In this document: positions 1 to 12,124 of the stretch, piece by piece | Position numbering within the stretch: position 1 is the stretch's first letter | Layout: each line of letters starts with the position of its first letter | Assembly (NCBI GenBank): GCA_977017645.1 | Contig: OZ360230.1 | Span: 38,998,001-39,062,000 of the forward strand | Direction: 5' to 3' | Source of the DNA: Torpedo marmorata | Taxonomy: Eukaryota | Length of the DNA: 64,000 bases | Program-made: the position numbers and the translations under genes | The notes under the pieces: model-generated | The model's database searches: none | Told to the model about the DNA's origin: nothing | The model's input: only the letters and a program-made list of their open reading frames with translations

Positions 1-264
1 GTTTTTGTGGTGTAAGGTATAATTGATGTAACAAATTATACTGTACTAATCTATATCTTACATTAACAGTATTAGTCATACTATCTTGACATAAATCCGA
101 CCATCTTTTTTAATCAATTGTAACGTTAAGATCTTGCTCCCATCTTTGTCTAGATTTATGAAGTCCTCGTTTTAAAGTTCCCCTTTGTAGCAAAGAATAC
201 ATTATAGAAGTAATTTTTTAAATATTTCCTTTCCTAATAAGAGTTTCTACCTCACTACAAACTT

Positions 265-3200
265 TTTTTAAAAATATTTTATTTAAAATTTTTAAATCAC
301 AAAATACATAAAATAAAACATACAGTTATGAAATTATTTGTGATACATTTTCACCCCCCCTCCCTCCCCTCCCCAACCCTCCCAATCCCACTAATCTAAA
401 AAAATATAAAATAAAAATATAAAAAGAAGAAAGAGAAAAATAGAGTTAGGGGAATGCCAATCTATAAAACTACTTCTATTATGGAGGTCAAGTATGCCAG
501 TAGACCCAATACCCAGAGATCCTCAAATTCTTAAGCCAACAGCTCTCATATATGGGCTCCAAATTTTTAAGAAGAAATGATATTTATTACGTAAATTATA
601 AGTAATTTTTTCAAGTGGTATACATGAACGAAGTTCTGCATGCCATCTTTCTAATCCTAAATTTAAATCAGATTTCCAAGTAATAGCAATGCATTTCTTT
701 GAAACAGCTAAAGCAATTCGCAAAAATTCTATTTGATACATATTCAATTTCATCTTAATACTAAATTTTCTAATATCTCCAAGCAAAAATATCATAGGAT
801 CCATTGGAAATGTAATTTTAAATACTTTATCTAAAAAACTTTTAATTTTCAACCAAAAATCATAAACTTTTGGACTAAACCATGTAGAATGTACAAAAGA
901 TCCTTCTTCTTTATTACATCTGAAACATAAACCTGATAATGTCGGATTAAATTTCTTTAATTTTTTAGGTGTTAAATATAATTGATAAAAAAAATTGTAT
1001 TGAACTAATCTATATCTAACATTAATAATCTTCGTCATACTTAATTTAGATAATTCTTTCCAATGATTTTCATCTATTCTTACATTCAAATCTAATTCCC
1101 ATTTTAATCTTAATTTATGCATTCCTACTTTAGGCATTTTCCTCTGAAACAATTTATACATTTGAGAAATAAATTTATTAACATCTCCTTTAGTAACTAA
1201 TAATTCTAATTCATTTTGTCTTGGCAAAATCAAAGCATAACCTAATTTCTCAATCAAAAAAGCTCTAATTTGATAATAAGCAAAAAGTGTATTATCTAAT
1301 ATATTAAATTTATCTTTCATTCTTTGAAAGGTAATAAATTTTCCAGCTTCAAAACAATCATTAATCTTCTTAATTCCTTTTTGAAACCAAATTTTAAATA
1401 ATTGATTATTAATAGTAAATGGAATAAGTCCATTTTGATATAAAGGCATCCTTGAAGAAATCAATCCTTTTGCTCCTATTTCCTTATCCGTCTTATTCCA
1501 TATTTCTAACAAATGTTTAAAAATAGGCGAATTTTTCTTTTTTGTTGATATTAATTTAGAATCCCATTTATAAATAATTTCTTCTTTGGAATCTTCTCCT
1601 ATATTGTTTAATTCTATTTTAATCCAAGCAGAAGAATTAGTTCAATCAAAAAATTCATTAACAATTTTTAATTGAGCTGCTTTATAATAATTTTGGAAAT
1701 TTGGAAGTTGTAAACCACCCATTTCATAATTCCAAGTTAATTTTTCCATACCTACTCTTGCTAACTTTCCTTTCCATAAAAATTTTCTAATAATTAAATT
1801 TAAATCTTTAAAAATTTTTTGAGGAATTCCATAAGGAATTGATTGAAAAAGATATTGAATTCTTGGAAAAACATTCATTTTAATACAGTTTACTCTTCCC
1901 ATTAAAGTTATAGGTAAATCTTTCCAATTTTCTAAATCTTTCTTTATTTTCACAAATAATGGTAAATAATTTAATTTATATAAATTAGTCAATTCTGTAT
2001 CGACCTTTATTCCCAAATATTTAATTCCTTCCTTAGCCCATTTAAATTGTGTAATTTCCTTACATCTACTATAATCCCCTTTTGATAATACCATAATTTC
2101 ACTTTTATCAGAATTAATCTTATATCCAGATATTTCCCCATATTCTCTCAATAGCAGAGACAATTGTACTAAGGATGTAGTAGATTTCGTCATATATATC
2201 AACACATCATCTGCAAACAAGCTAATTTTATGTTCTTCCATTCCAACCTTAATACCAACTATTTTAGGATCTTTTCTAACTAATTCTGCCAAGGGTTCTA
2301 TCGCCAAAATAAATAATGCTGGTGACAAGGGACATCCTTGTCTCGTAGATCGAGTCAAAGGAAATTTTTAAGAAGTTTGTCCATTTGTAACTACTTTAGC
2401 TGATGGTTCTTTATATATAGTTTTAATCCAATTAATAAATGTATTTCCAAAACCAAATTTCTCCAATACCTTAAATAAAAAATTCCACTCTAATCTATCA
2501 AAAGCCTTTTCAGCATCTAAAGTTAAAACTAATGGTAAGTCTTCCTTCTTTTTATGTAAATTAATTAAACTAATCAATCTGGCTATATTATCTTTTGAAT
2601 ATCTATTTTTAATAAAACCAGCTTGATCTACATGAATTAAGTCTGGTAAATAATTAGCCATTCTATTTGCTAAAATCTTTGCCATTATCTTATAATCTAC
2701 ATTTAATAATGAAATAGGTCTGTAAGATTCAGTTTTCAATACATCTCTATCTTTTTTTGGTATAACTGTAATTATTGCATTTAAAAAAGTATCTGGTAAA
2801 GAATGAGTTTCCGTAATTTGATTCAATACGTCCATATATGGAGGTATTAACAAGTCTTTAAATTCTTTATAAAATTCTGATGGAAATCCATCATCACCTG
2901 GAGATTTAACACTTTTAAGCGAAGTAAGAACTTCATTAACTTCCCTCATTGAAAAAGGTAAATCTAAAGATTCTCTACTTTGAGTATTCAATTTAGGTAG
3001 TGTAATTTTAGATAAGAATGTAGTAATTTTAGAATCATCTTGATCAAACTGAGATTTATATAGATTCAAATAATAATCTTTAAAAGAATCATTTATTTCT
3101 CGAGGTTTATAGGTTATTTCTCTAGAATTCTTTTTCCTTATAGCATTTATAGTTCTAGAAGTTTGTTCTTTTTTTAATTGCCATGCCAAAACTTTATGAG

Positions 3201-3857
3201 CTCTTTCCCCTAATTCATAATATCTTTGTTTAGTTCTTTCAATTAGTTTTTCCATTCTATATGTTTGTAATAAAATATAATGTAATTTCTTCCCAATTAA
3301 ACAATTCCTTTTTTGAATTGATCTATTTTTTTTGTAAATCTTTTTCCAAACATTCAATCTCCTTCTCTAATTTTTCTACTTCCCTAAGATAATCTTTCTT
3401 AATTTTTGCTGAATAGCTTACTATTTGACCTCTTAAATAAGCTTTTAATGCTTCCCAAATAATAAATTTATTATCAGTGGAATTAGAATTTATTTGTAAA
3501 AATTCCTGAATTTCCCTTCTCATATAGTCACAGAAATCTTTTCTTTTTAATAAAGAAGAGTTAAATCTCCAGCTATATACAGTATTTTCTTTTTCCGGAA
3601 TTATACAAGATATTAATAAAGGTGAATGATCAGAAATAATTCTCGCTTTATACGATGCTTGCGTTATTCTATCTTGAACCTGTGAAGACAATAAAAATAA
3701 ATCTATCCTTGAATATGAATCATGCCTAAAAGAATAAAAAGAATAATCTTTTTCTCTAGGGTTCAATTTCCTCAAAATATCTACCAAATTTAAATCTTTC
3801 ATCAAAGAAAGATCTCTTTTAGCAATCTTAGTTTTAGCAAGTGATCTTGAAGTTTTA
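265..3857 (-). mobile_element. 5'-truncated L1, family B, nested in L1-A ORF2
   Basis: ORF2 runs from mid-endonuclease through RT to the C-terminal CxxC..H region (stop at 523). 3'UTR has a G-tract, AATAAA (278-283) and a short A tail. TSD 248-264 / 3858-3874 (16/17 match). Confidence 0.95.
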
Positions 3858-6800
3858 TACCTCACTACAATCTTGTAACAACATATCTGGACCTAGTTGT
3901 TCTCTTAGATAACCTCTTAATTGAAAATAACAAAAAAGAGTGTTATTGGGTATTCCATATTTATTCCGTAATTGTACAAACGACATCAACTGGTTCCCTT
4001 CATAACAATCTTCTATCTTCTTTATTCCTTTCTGTGACCATATGTTTAAAAATTGATTATCTTTTGTAAATGGTATAAGATTATTCTGTATCAAAGACAT
4101 ATTGGGTGATATGTTTCCTTTCATCCCTATCTCATCATTAATCTTGTTCCAAGCATTAATCAAATGTTTTAACAACGGCGTTTCTTTAGCACCTATCAAT
4201 AATTTTGAATTCCATTTGTATATAAATTCTTCTGGTACCTTTTCTCCTATTTCTCCAAGCTCTATTCCAACCCATGCAGGTCTTATTCACTTTCAAAAAA
4301 AGAAGTAACAAATCTCATTTGTGCCGCTCGATAATAATTCTTAAAATTAGGGAGTTGTAGACCTCCCAGTTGATATTTCCATGTTAGACGTTCCATAGAA
4401 ACTCTTGACCTTTTACCTTTCCAAAGAAATTTTCGCACTTGTTTGTTTAAATCCTGAAAAAAAGCCTGTGGTAATAAAATAGGTATAGTTTGATACAGGT
4501 ACTGTATCCTTGGAAATATATTCATTTTAATACAGTTAACTCTTCCAATCAATGTAATGGGTAAATTAATCCATTTCTCCAAGTCTTCCTTAATTTTTTT
4601 AAGCAATGGTAGATAATTCAATTTATATAAATTTTTTAATTTATTATCTGTTCAAACCCCAAGATATTTTATTCCCTTATGTGGCCATCTGAACTGGGTA
4701 CTTCTTTTACATAAAGTATAATCTCCCTCTGTAAGGGGCATAATTTCACTTTTATCCCAATTTATCTTATAACCAGAGACTTTCCCATATTCCTCCAATT
4801 TCAAATGCAATCTTTGCAAAGAAGTCTCAGGCTCCGTCAAATATATTAAGACATCATCCGCAAATAAACTAATTTTATGTTGCTCTTGACCAACTGTAAA
4901 TCCCTTAATTGCCAAATCACTTCTAATTGCCTCTGCTAACGGTTCTATAGCTAATATAAATAAAGCTGGTGACAACGGGCATCCCTGTCGGCTAGATCTT
5001 GTCAGGCAGAACGAAGTTGATATTTGTCCATTAGTCACTGTTTAGCTTTTGGAGCATTATATAATGCTTTAATCCAATCTATATAAATCTTCCCAAATCC
5101 AAATTTCTCCAATACTTTAAACAAAAAGTCCCACTCCAGTCTATCAAAAGCTTTCTCTGCGTCTAGTGCCACTGCTACACTTAGTACTTTTCTTTTTTGA
5201 GCTAAATGAATAATACTAAGTAACCTTGCTACATTGTCAGCTGCTTGTCTCTTTTTTATAAAGCCTGTTTGATCCATAGTTACTAATTTTGGCAAAAATT
5301 TTGTTATCCTATTTGCCAAGATTTTCGCGACAATCTTATAATCTGCATTCAATAATGAAATTGGTCTATATGATGAAGGTTTCAGAGGGTCTCTATCTTT
5401 TTTTGGTATTACTGTAATTATTGCAGTAGAAAAAGATTCTGGAAGTGTATGAGTCACAGACGCTTGTTGTAACATATCCATGAAAATAGGAATTAATAAT
5501 TCCTTAAATTCTTTATAAAACTCTGGTGGAAAACCATCCTCCCCCGGTGCTTTATTACTTTGTAATGAACTCATTGCATCTTTCACTTCCCTCTGCGTAA
5601 ACTGGGTACTTAATTCTAATCGCTCTTGCGTATTTAATCTTGGTAAATTTATCTGTGATAAATATCCATCAATTTTACTATCATCTTGCAGAGATTCTGA
5701 TTTGTATAAATCAGAGTAGAATTTTTTAAAAGAATCGTTTATTATTTGAGGTTTATAACTAATAACATCAGCCTCAGTTTTAACTGCATTAATTGTTCTT
5801 GATGCCTGTTCTGTTTTTAATTGCCATGCTAATACTTTATGTGAGCGTTCACCTAACTCGTAATATCTTTGCTTAGTTCTTGTAATAGTCTTCTCCGTTC
5901 TATAAGTCTGTAACATATTATATTGAAGTTTTTTATTAGTTAATTGTCTACGTTTATCTACAGAGCTCCTCTTTTGTAAATCCTTTTCTGGAATCGTTAT
6001 TTCTTTTTCTAATTGGTCTATTTCTCTCATATAATCCTTTTTAATTTTTGAAGAGTAACTTATGATTTGACCTTTTAAATATACTTTCAAAGTTTCCCAT
6101 ATTACAAATTTATCAGGCATGGAGTTTAGATTTGTTTCACAAAATATCTGAATTTGCCTCCTTATAAAATCGCAAAAGTCTATTCTTTTTAATAATAAAG
6201 GGTTTAATCTCCATCTATATATCTTTTCTTTATCAGGTACAACAACTGTCATCAATAAAGGTGAATGGTCAGACAAGATTCTTGCTTTATACTCTGCTTC
6301 TAAAATTCTATCCTGCAATTGAGCTGAAACTAAAAATAAATCAATTCTGGAATAAGAGTCATGTCTGCTAGAGTAAAAAGAAAAATCTTTATCCCTAGGA
6401 TGAATTCTTCTCCAAGCATCAATCAAGTTTAAATCATTCATTAATACCAATGTAGCTTTCACTGCCTTAGTTCTCTTCACTCCTCTTGTAGACTTATCTA
6501 AAACCGGATTTAAACAAAAGTTGAAATCTCCCCCTATTATAATATTCTCATGCACTTCCACTATATTGAGAAAGGTCTGTTGAATAAACTTATCATCATC
6601 CGTATTGGGAGCACATATATTCAAAAAAGTCCAAAATTCTGAATATATCTGACAATGAATCATTTCATATCTCCCTGCAGAATCTGTCACAACATTCTGA
6701 ATTATAATTGGAAGATTCTTTTTTATTAAAATTGCCACACCCCTTGCCTTGGAATTAAATGAAGAAGCCGCTACATACCCCACCCAGTCCCTTTTTAATT

Positions 6801-6948
6801 TCAAATGTTCTTTCTCTATTAAATGCGTCTCTTGTAAAAAAGCCACATCAACACCCAATTTTTTAATATACGCTAGTATCCTTTTCCTCTTAATTGGTCC
6901 ATTTATCCCATTAATATTAAAATTCAAGAATCCTACTATATTACTCAT
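3858..6948 (-). pseudogene. L1-A ORF2p (APE endonuclease + reverse transcriptase), frameshifted
   Basis: FLQETH, GGDFN, SDH, YRPISLLN, LDAEKAFD, RQGCPLSP, LFADD and KYLG motifs. Frameshifts near 5035, 4650 and 4285. Confidence 0.95.
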
Positions 6949-7406
6949 TTTAGATTATATTTCATTCCTTTTAATGTTACCTCTTCCAGCCCAGACCCCT
7001 AACTCTCTCCCTTTTACTTCATTCTTCAATCTCCATCGCGTCAGCATATGTCCCCCCCAGCAATCCATACAGACAAAAAAGAAAAAATATACAATTAAAA
7101 AATACAATCCCCCCCTTCCACAAAAATGAAAAAATAATCTAACTACATCCCCTCTAGCGCTTTTGAAATATACAGCGCTACCCCCCTCTATTTTACGGGC
7201 CACGACCGAAGTCGCAAAAGTACACATGATTACAGTAGAAGTCAGGGCCTCATTCTCCTCCCCCCAACCCCCCTGGTATAACATTTTTTATATATACATA
7301 TTCTTTTTTTAAAAAAGATACAAACACTAAATAATCAATCATCAACTTTACCAAAGTTACAAACTGATATATATCATTCCATCAACAATTATAAAACATT
7401 CTCTTT

Positions 7407-8528
7407 CTAACGCTCATCCGAAGCCTGCGGAAGTTCATTGGCAAATTCCTCTGCCAAGGTGTAATTTGTAAAAAATTTATTTTGTTGATCTGGTAAGAAG
7501 ACCTTCAAGGTCGCAGGATGTCGCAACACAAATCTGTAGCCCTTCTCCCAAAGAGTCTTTTTAGCTGGGTTGAATTCCTTCCTTCTCTTCATTAAGTCAG
7601 CGCTTATATCAGGATAAAAAAGAATTCTGGCCTCCTTATATATCAAAGGGCCCTGTCTATCTCTTGCTTGCTCCATTGCTAGTTGTAAAACTCTCTGTCT
7701 TGATAACGTAGAAATTTAACTAAAATCGAGCGTGGATTCTGGTCTCGTGACAGCTTGGCTCTTAGAGCCCTGTGTGCTCTTTCAATTTCAATTGTGTGGT
7801 CAAACTTATCTGCACCCAGCACCTCAGGTATCCAAGTCTTCATAAAAGCACTCATATCTTGTCCTTCTTCTTCTTCTTTAAGACCAACTATTTTTATATT
7901 ATTTCTTCTGCTGAAATTCTCCAGTATATCCACTTTTTGTTGAAACTTCTTATTTTCCATTACTAAAGCAGTAACATTGTTTTCCACCCCCTCCATTCTC
8001 TCTTCAGTAGTTTCCATGTCAGTTTGTATTTTCTTAACTTTATTCTCAATCTTATTCACTTTTAACTTCAAGCCTCTCATATCTTTTATCACTTCTTTAA
8101 CATCTTTCATATCAGCCTTTCACTCATTCAATATTGTTAACAAAGCTGCATAGTCTGGTGATTTGCCTTTAAATAATAGTATTCGTTCTTCCCGCGGTTG
8201 TTGTTGTAATTCTTCAGCCTCCAGCTGGCTTCTTTCGTCATCCAAATCGGAGCTGCTTGTGTCTTCCTGTCCCGACGTCGCTGAGTCTGCTGAGAGCTGC
8301 GGAGTTTCGCACATGCGCAGTGCCGGCCCGACTTCCTCCCCGACGCCATGTTCTTGCCATCGAGGACGAGCAGTGCCAGCAGATGTCCCCATCAGCGGTG
8401 CCTCCTCTTGGGGCTCCATTTGAACTTCAGCTCCCAGGCGTCGAGGCCTTTTTGCAGTCAGGATCTTCTCCTTCCGTTGAGCTTTAGGTAAGGCTTTGGC
8501 TGTTTTATCTTTTTTTTTGAGGCATCAT
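7407..8528 (-). pseudogene. L1-A ORF1p (coiled coil + RRM + CTD), disrupted
   Basis: Motifs ENFSRRNNIKIVGL, IERAHRAL, PRSILVKFLRY and ILFYPDIS spread over ORFs 8120-8419, 7679-8110 and 7407-7676. Probable ATG at 8528 or 8525. Confidence 0.88.
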
Positions 8529-8583
8529 TACTTTCTCCCTAGTACTTAACCCCCGTTTTTTGAGAGACTTTTGAGGGTTTCAA

Positions 8584-8613
8584 TACTCGACTTATACGCC
8601 GAAATATACGGTA
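8584..8613. mobile_element. Possible Tc1/mariner(pogo)-type MITE terminal remnant
   Basis: CGACTTATACGCCGAAATATACGG-TA resembles the TA-CCGTA..TTTCGG..TATAAG terminus of vertebrate TcMar MITEs; only one end seen. Confidence 0.4.
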
Positions 8614-9062
8614 ATTTTAAATGTAGCCTATTCTAAATTAAAAATGGATTTTATTATCATAAGTAGAACTGTTATCACTTGATCAATAACCAGAGGGGAA
8701 ATGAGGAGAAATCTTTTGACATTGTATGGTAGTTGCAGATGTAACAGTAAATTCCAAAAAGAAACTGAATTTAATTGGAATTTTACAGTTTTGTTAGATT
8801 TCTTTCTATCAAATTTGCAGTACGTAACTAACTAAACTGCCAAACATTAATTCTCCTTTGGCCTGAAGGAACAGTAGAGAAAGTGAAGTCAACGTCAATC
8901 CCAAGACCATTGACACACCTCAACTTCTACAACATGTAAATACCATTGAAATTACTTAAGCAACATGACCTGTGCCTTCATGATCCTCCCCAGATAGAGC
9001 CCAATCCAAGAACTGAACATGTCTGAACCTACTTAGTTTCTGAAAACAAATCAGAATCACCC

Positions 9063-9388
9063 ATTTCAGGTTTCAGATTTCAGATTTATTGTCAGAGTAT
9101 ATACATGACATCACATACAACCCTGAGATTCTTTTTCCTGCGGGCCAGGCAGAATTACCACTTTTTGGCAGTGCAAAAACAACCTGACTCAACGTACACA
9201 AATAAACAAATAAAGAAATGTAAACAAACTGGCCGTGCAATACAGAGATAGAAAATAAATCAATAAAGTGCAAAAGTAAGAGTCCTTAAAATAGTCCCTG
9301 ATTGAGTTTTTTGTTGAGGAGTTTGATGGTAGCAACTGTTCCTGAACCTGGTGGTGCGAGTCTTGTGGCACCTACACCTCTTTCCAGA
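9063..9388 (-). mobile_element. Rex1/Babar LINE 3' fragment, (ATCTGAA)n tail subfamily
   Basis: KRCRCHKTRTTRFRNS C-terminus; 3'UTR nearly identical to 37480-37773. Confidence 0.88.
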
Positions 9389-9439
9389 CCAGTACCAAGA
9401 GGCCAAAGTAAGTAACTTGGGCAAAACCACTTGCATGCC

Positions 9440-9550
9440 TATATCATCTTCCACATCCTCAGAATGTTCCAAATTACTGCACAGTAAATGAATTACCTTT
9501 TGAAGTGTAGTCACCATTGTTTCTGCAGCCAAATGTGGCAGCCAATTTGA
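9440..9550 (-). mobile_element. Deu-SINE (SacSINE1/AmnSINE1-like) 3' fragment
   Basis: Reverse complement contains GTGACTACACTTCAAAAG, also seen in the copy at 33190-33600. Confidence 0.6.
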
Positions 9551-11199
9551 AATCAGTTGACGTGGAAGAAGAGAGTACCTTTGAAAAGTTTAGGATCTAG
9601 AATCCATAGTGCTGTTGAACTCTTTTAGGGGGACTTATTCTAGATGTGACCCTGCATTTTTTTGTTGTTTTTACAATCATTTGTAACAATGACCTAAACC
9701 CTAGAATGAAAGAACTCCAGCATCTCCCCTCATCTCTCCGGTCCTCAGCAGTAATTATACCTCATTAATGCTATCGTGAAAATGTTCAAATTTTCCCACA
9801 TGTTTGCTTTGCAAAGGTTAGTTCACCAACAGTAAGAGTTCAAAGCATTTTAGTAAATATCCTAATTGCTGCTTTAAACTCGACTCATTTTATGAAGTTA
9901 GAACGCTTGGCAAAGTCAAGCTTCAATCCATTTAAAAAAATGCCAAGTCCTTTCACAGTTCAGAAAGAGTTCAGTCCTGAGAAAGAGTTCAGTCCTGTGA
10001 AAGGCCCATTTGTGGATTTAAGAACACTTAAATAATTGTATAATTTTAATAATCATTTAATTTTGCTGCCATGTAATCAAGGCAGCAGTTAGTGTAACTT
10101 CCTGCATGTAATTTCCAACCGATGAGACTGGATGGGTGTATTTTGTGCTAAGCAGCAGAAAGCAGCAAAATATATTGACCTTTTCCTTCCTCCCTTCGTT
10201 AAAGATCACTTTGTTATCTTTTTAACTTTCAACAGGTTTATTTCCACTCAGCCGTCCCACACTCAGCGGTCTGCTACTTGGCACATGCTTCAAGTTGAAT
10301 TTGCTATCAACAGGGCACAGCGCGCCCTGGTTGCTGTTGAGTTCCTTCGTAGCAAATTCACAAGATTCCTCTTTTATTGAAGTGGTTTGTACAAAGCAGG
10401 GCCTGAAATATCTCTTGCCAAAGCATCCAGTCAACTTTCCAAACATCCTGTTTTTACTACATTGGCTTGATTATAATGTAGCTTTCAAGCTTATTTATCA
10501 CAAGGCAAGGTAGTACCGAGGGAATCCCTCAAAGCATTTGCATGGTCAACTGACTTGTGTGTGTACTTCTGTTTCACTCAGAAAATCAATGAATAGTTGG
10601 GTCTCGGAAGGATCTGCTCTCTTTTAAAGAATGCTGCTTTCAAGAAGCAAAATCTGTTTGGAGATAAGAGTTCATTTATTTAGTTTGCCTGCAGTTCTGA
10701 AATTATGTACTCGGGAGAAATCTTTGATATGAAAGGAGATTTGCCATCCTATTTTCAAACATAATTTGCTTAATAATCCGGAGGGGGTATGATCCATGTC
10801 CACATCTTCAGGTTGTTGTTAAATCTCACCGGGATCCTTATCCTTGCTGATTTTAAGCATTTATTATGCTAAAGACTCTGCGCATTCAGAGAATCAAAGG
10901 ATTGTTGCAGCAACTAACAGGCCATTTGGCCCATCAGTCTGGACAAGAAAAGGTTGCAATATAGACTGCAGAAACTTGTGATTGCATCAAGGATTCTTAG
11001 ATTCTTAATTTATGATTATCCAGATGACAGGGCAAAGGAATTAAACTAGTTAGCAAGGGCTTCCAAAATGGAAAGGTTTATAACTGATCCACATTTTCAT
11101 GTGTGCTTGGAGATAGAAAGATATTTTCTCATGTTTACCAACTTTGACTTTAAATCCAAGCACCTTTATTTATTGGTTCCATCACATTAGCCCCACCTC

Positions 11200-11470
11200 C
11201 ATCTTCTGTGGGAAGTATCAGTCCTGGTGTCATACAACATGGAAGCAAGCTCTGTGTCCATGCAAACCACCAAGCACCCATTTACACAAGGGCCATTTTA
11301 CAGTGGCCAATTAACCTCTGTCTCCAGGGTGTGAAAAGAAATAAGAGCACCCAGAGGAAACACACACACTCACAAGGAGGATGTGCAACTCCACACAGAC
11401 AGCACTAGAGGTCAGGATTGGAGCCAGATTGCTGCAGCGAAGAGATAGCAGCTCTACTCGCTGCACCTCT
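11200..11470 (-). mobile_element. Diverged tRNA-derived V-SINE
   Basis: CACCCAGAGGAAAC..CAC..ACAAGGAGGATGTGCAACTCCACACAGACAGCAC is a V-domain-like segment, followed by a tRNA-like head. Confidence 0.7.
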
Positions 11471-11686
11471 TTGCTGCTCCAGGCCTGGAACCATTCCAAG
11501 AGTGGCGTTGATGAGGTCCACTTCACCTGATGTCTTAACTGAAGAAGGAGTTTCCAAAGAAACAAATTAAAATAAATAATATCATGGAAAAAATATTTCT
11601 CAGGACTACCTGATAACTCATTTGATAAAAGGAAGGCAAACTTCAACCTTGCAGTTCAACCGAGTCCCCAATTGCATCCAACAGTA

Positions 11687-12003
11687 GTTGATCTCAGTTC
11701 TGGTATAGCTAGAGGTGTTCCAATTGGTTGATCTCAGTTCTGGTATATCTCGAGGTGTTCTAATTGGTTGATCCCAGTTCTGGTATACCTTGAGGTGTTC
11801 TAATTGGTCGATCCCAGTTCTGGTATACCTTGAGGTGTTCCAATTGGTTGATTTCAGTTCTGGTATACCCCAAGGTGTTGCAATTAGTTGATCCCAGTTC
11901 AGATATACCTCGAGGTGCTCCAATTGGTTGATCCCAGTTCTGGTTTGCCTCGAGATGTTCTAATTGTTGATCCCAGTTCTGGTATAGCTAAAGGTGCTCC
12001 ATT
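11687..12003. repeat. Minisatellite, about 8 copies of a 40-bp unit
   Basis: Unit GTTGATCYCAGTTCTGGTATACCTCGAGGTGTTCYAATTG repeated head to tail, with no spacers. Confidence 0.95.
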
Positions 12004-12124
12004 TGGCTTCAGAATGCAAAGTAGAGCATTGGGGGAGAAGAAATTAGATTGTTATACAGTGATTCCTACTGAACTGTGTGCTTTGAATGCCAGTCAAGAA
12101 AAAGATCAGATTATGGCAGCTGAG

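Larger units (their letters stand above)
1..8580 (-). mobile_element. L1-clade LINE, family A: near full-length, interrupted by a nested L1 at 265-3857; 3' end lies beyond the window start
   Basis: ORF1 and ORF2 (APE endonuclease + RT) fragments at 3858-8528. The reading frame ...LLQDCSEV resumes at 1-260 as ETLIRKGN...VNVRYRLVQYNLLHQLYLTPQK. Confidence 0.93.

Noticed and set aside
11687-12003. CRISPR-like appearance of regularly spaced repeats
   Set aside because: Units are contiguous with no unique spacers, there are no cas genes, and the context is eukaryotic.
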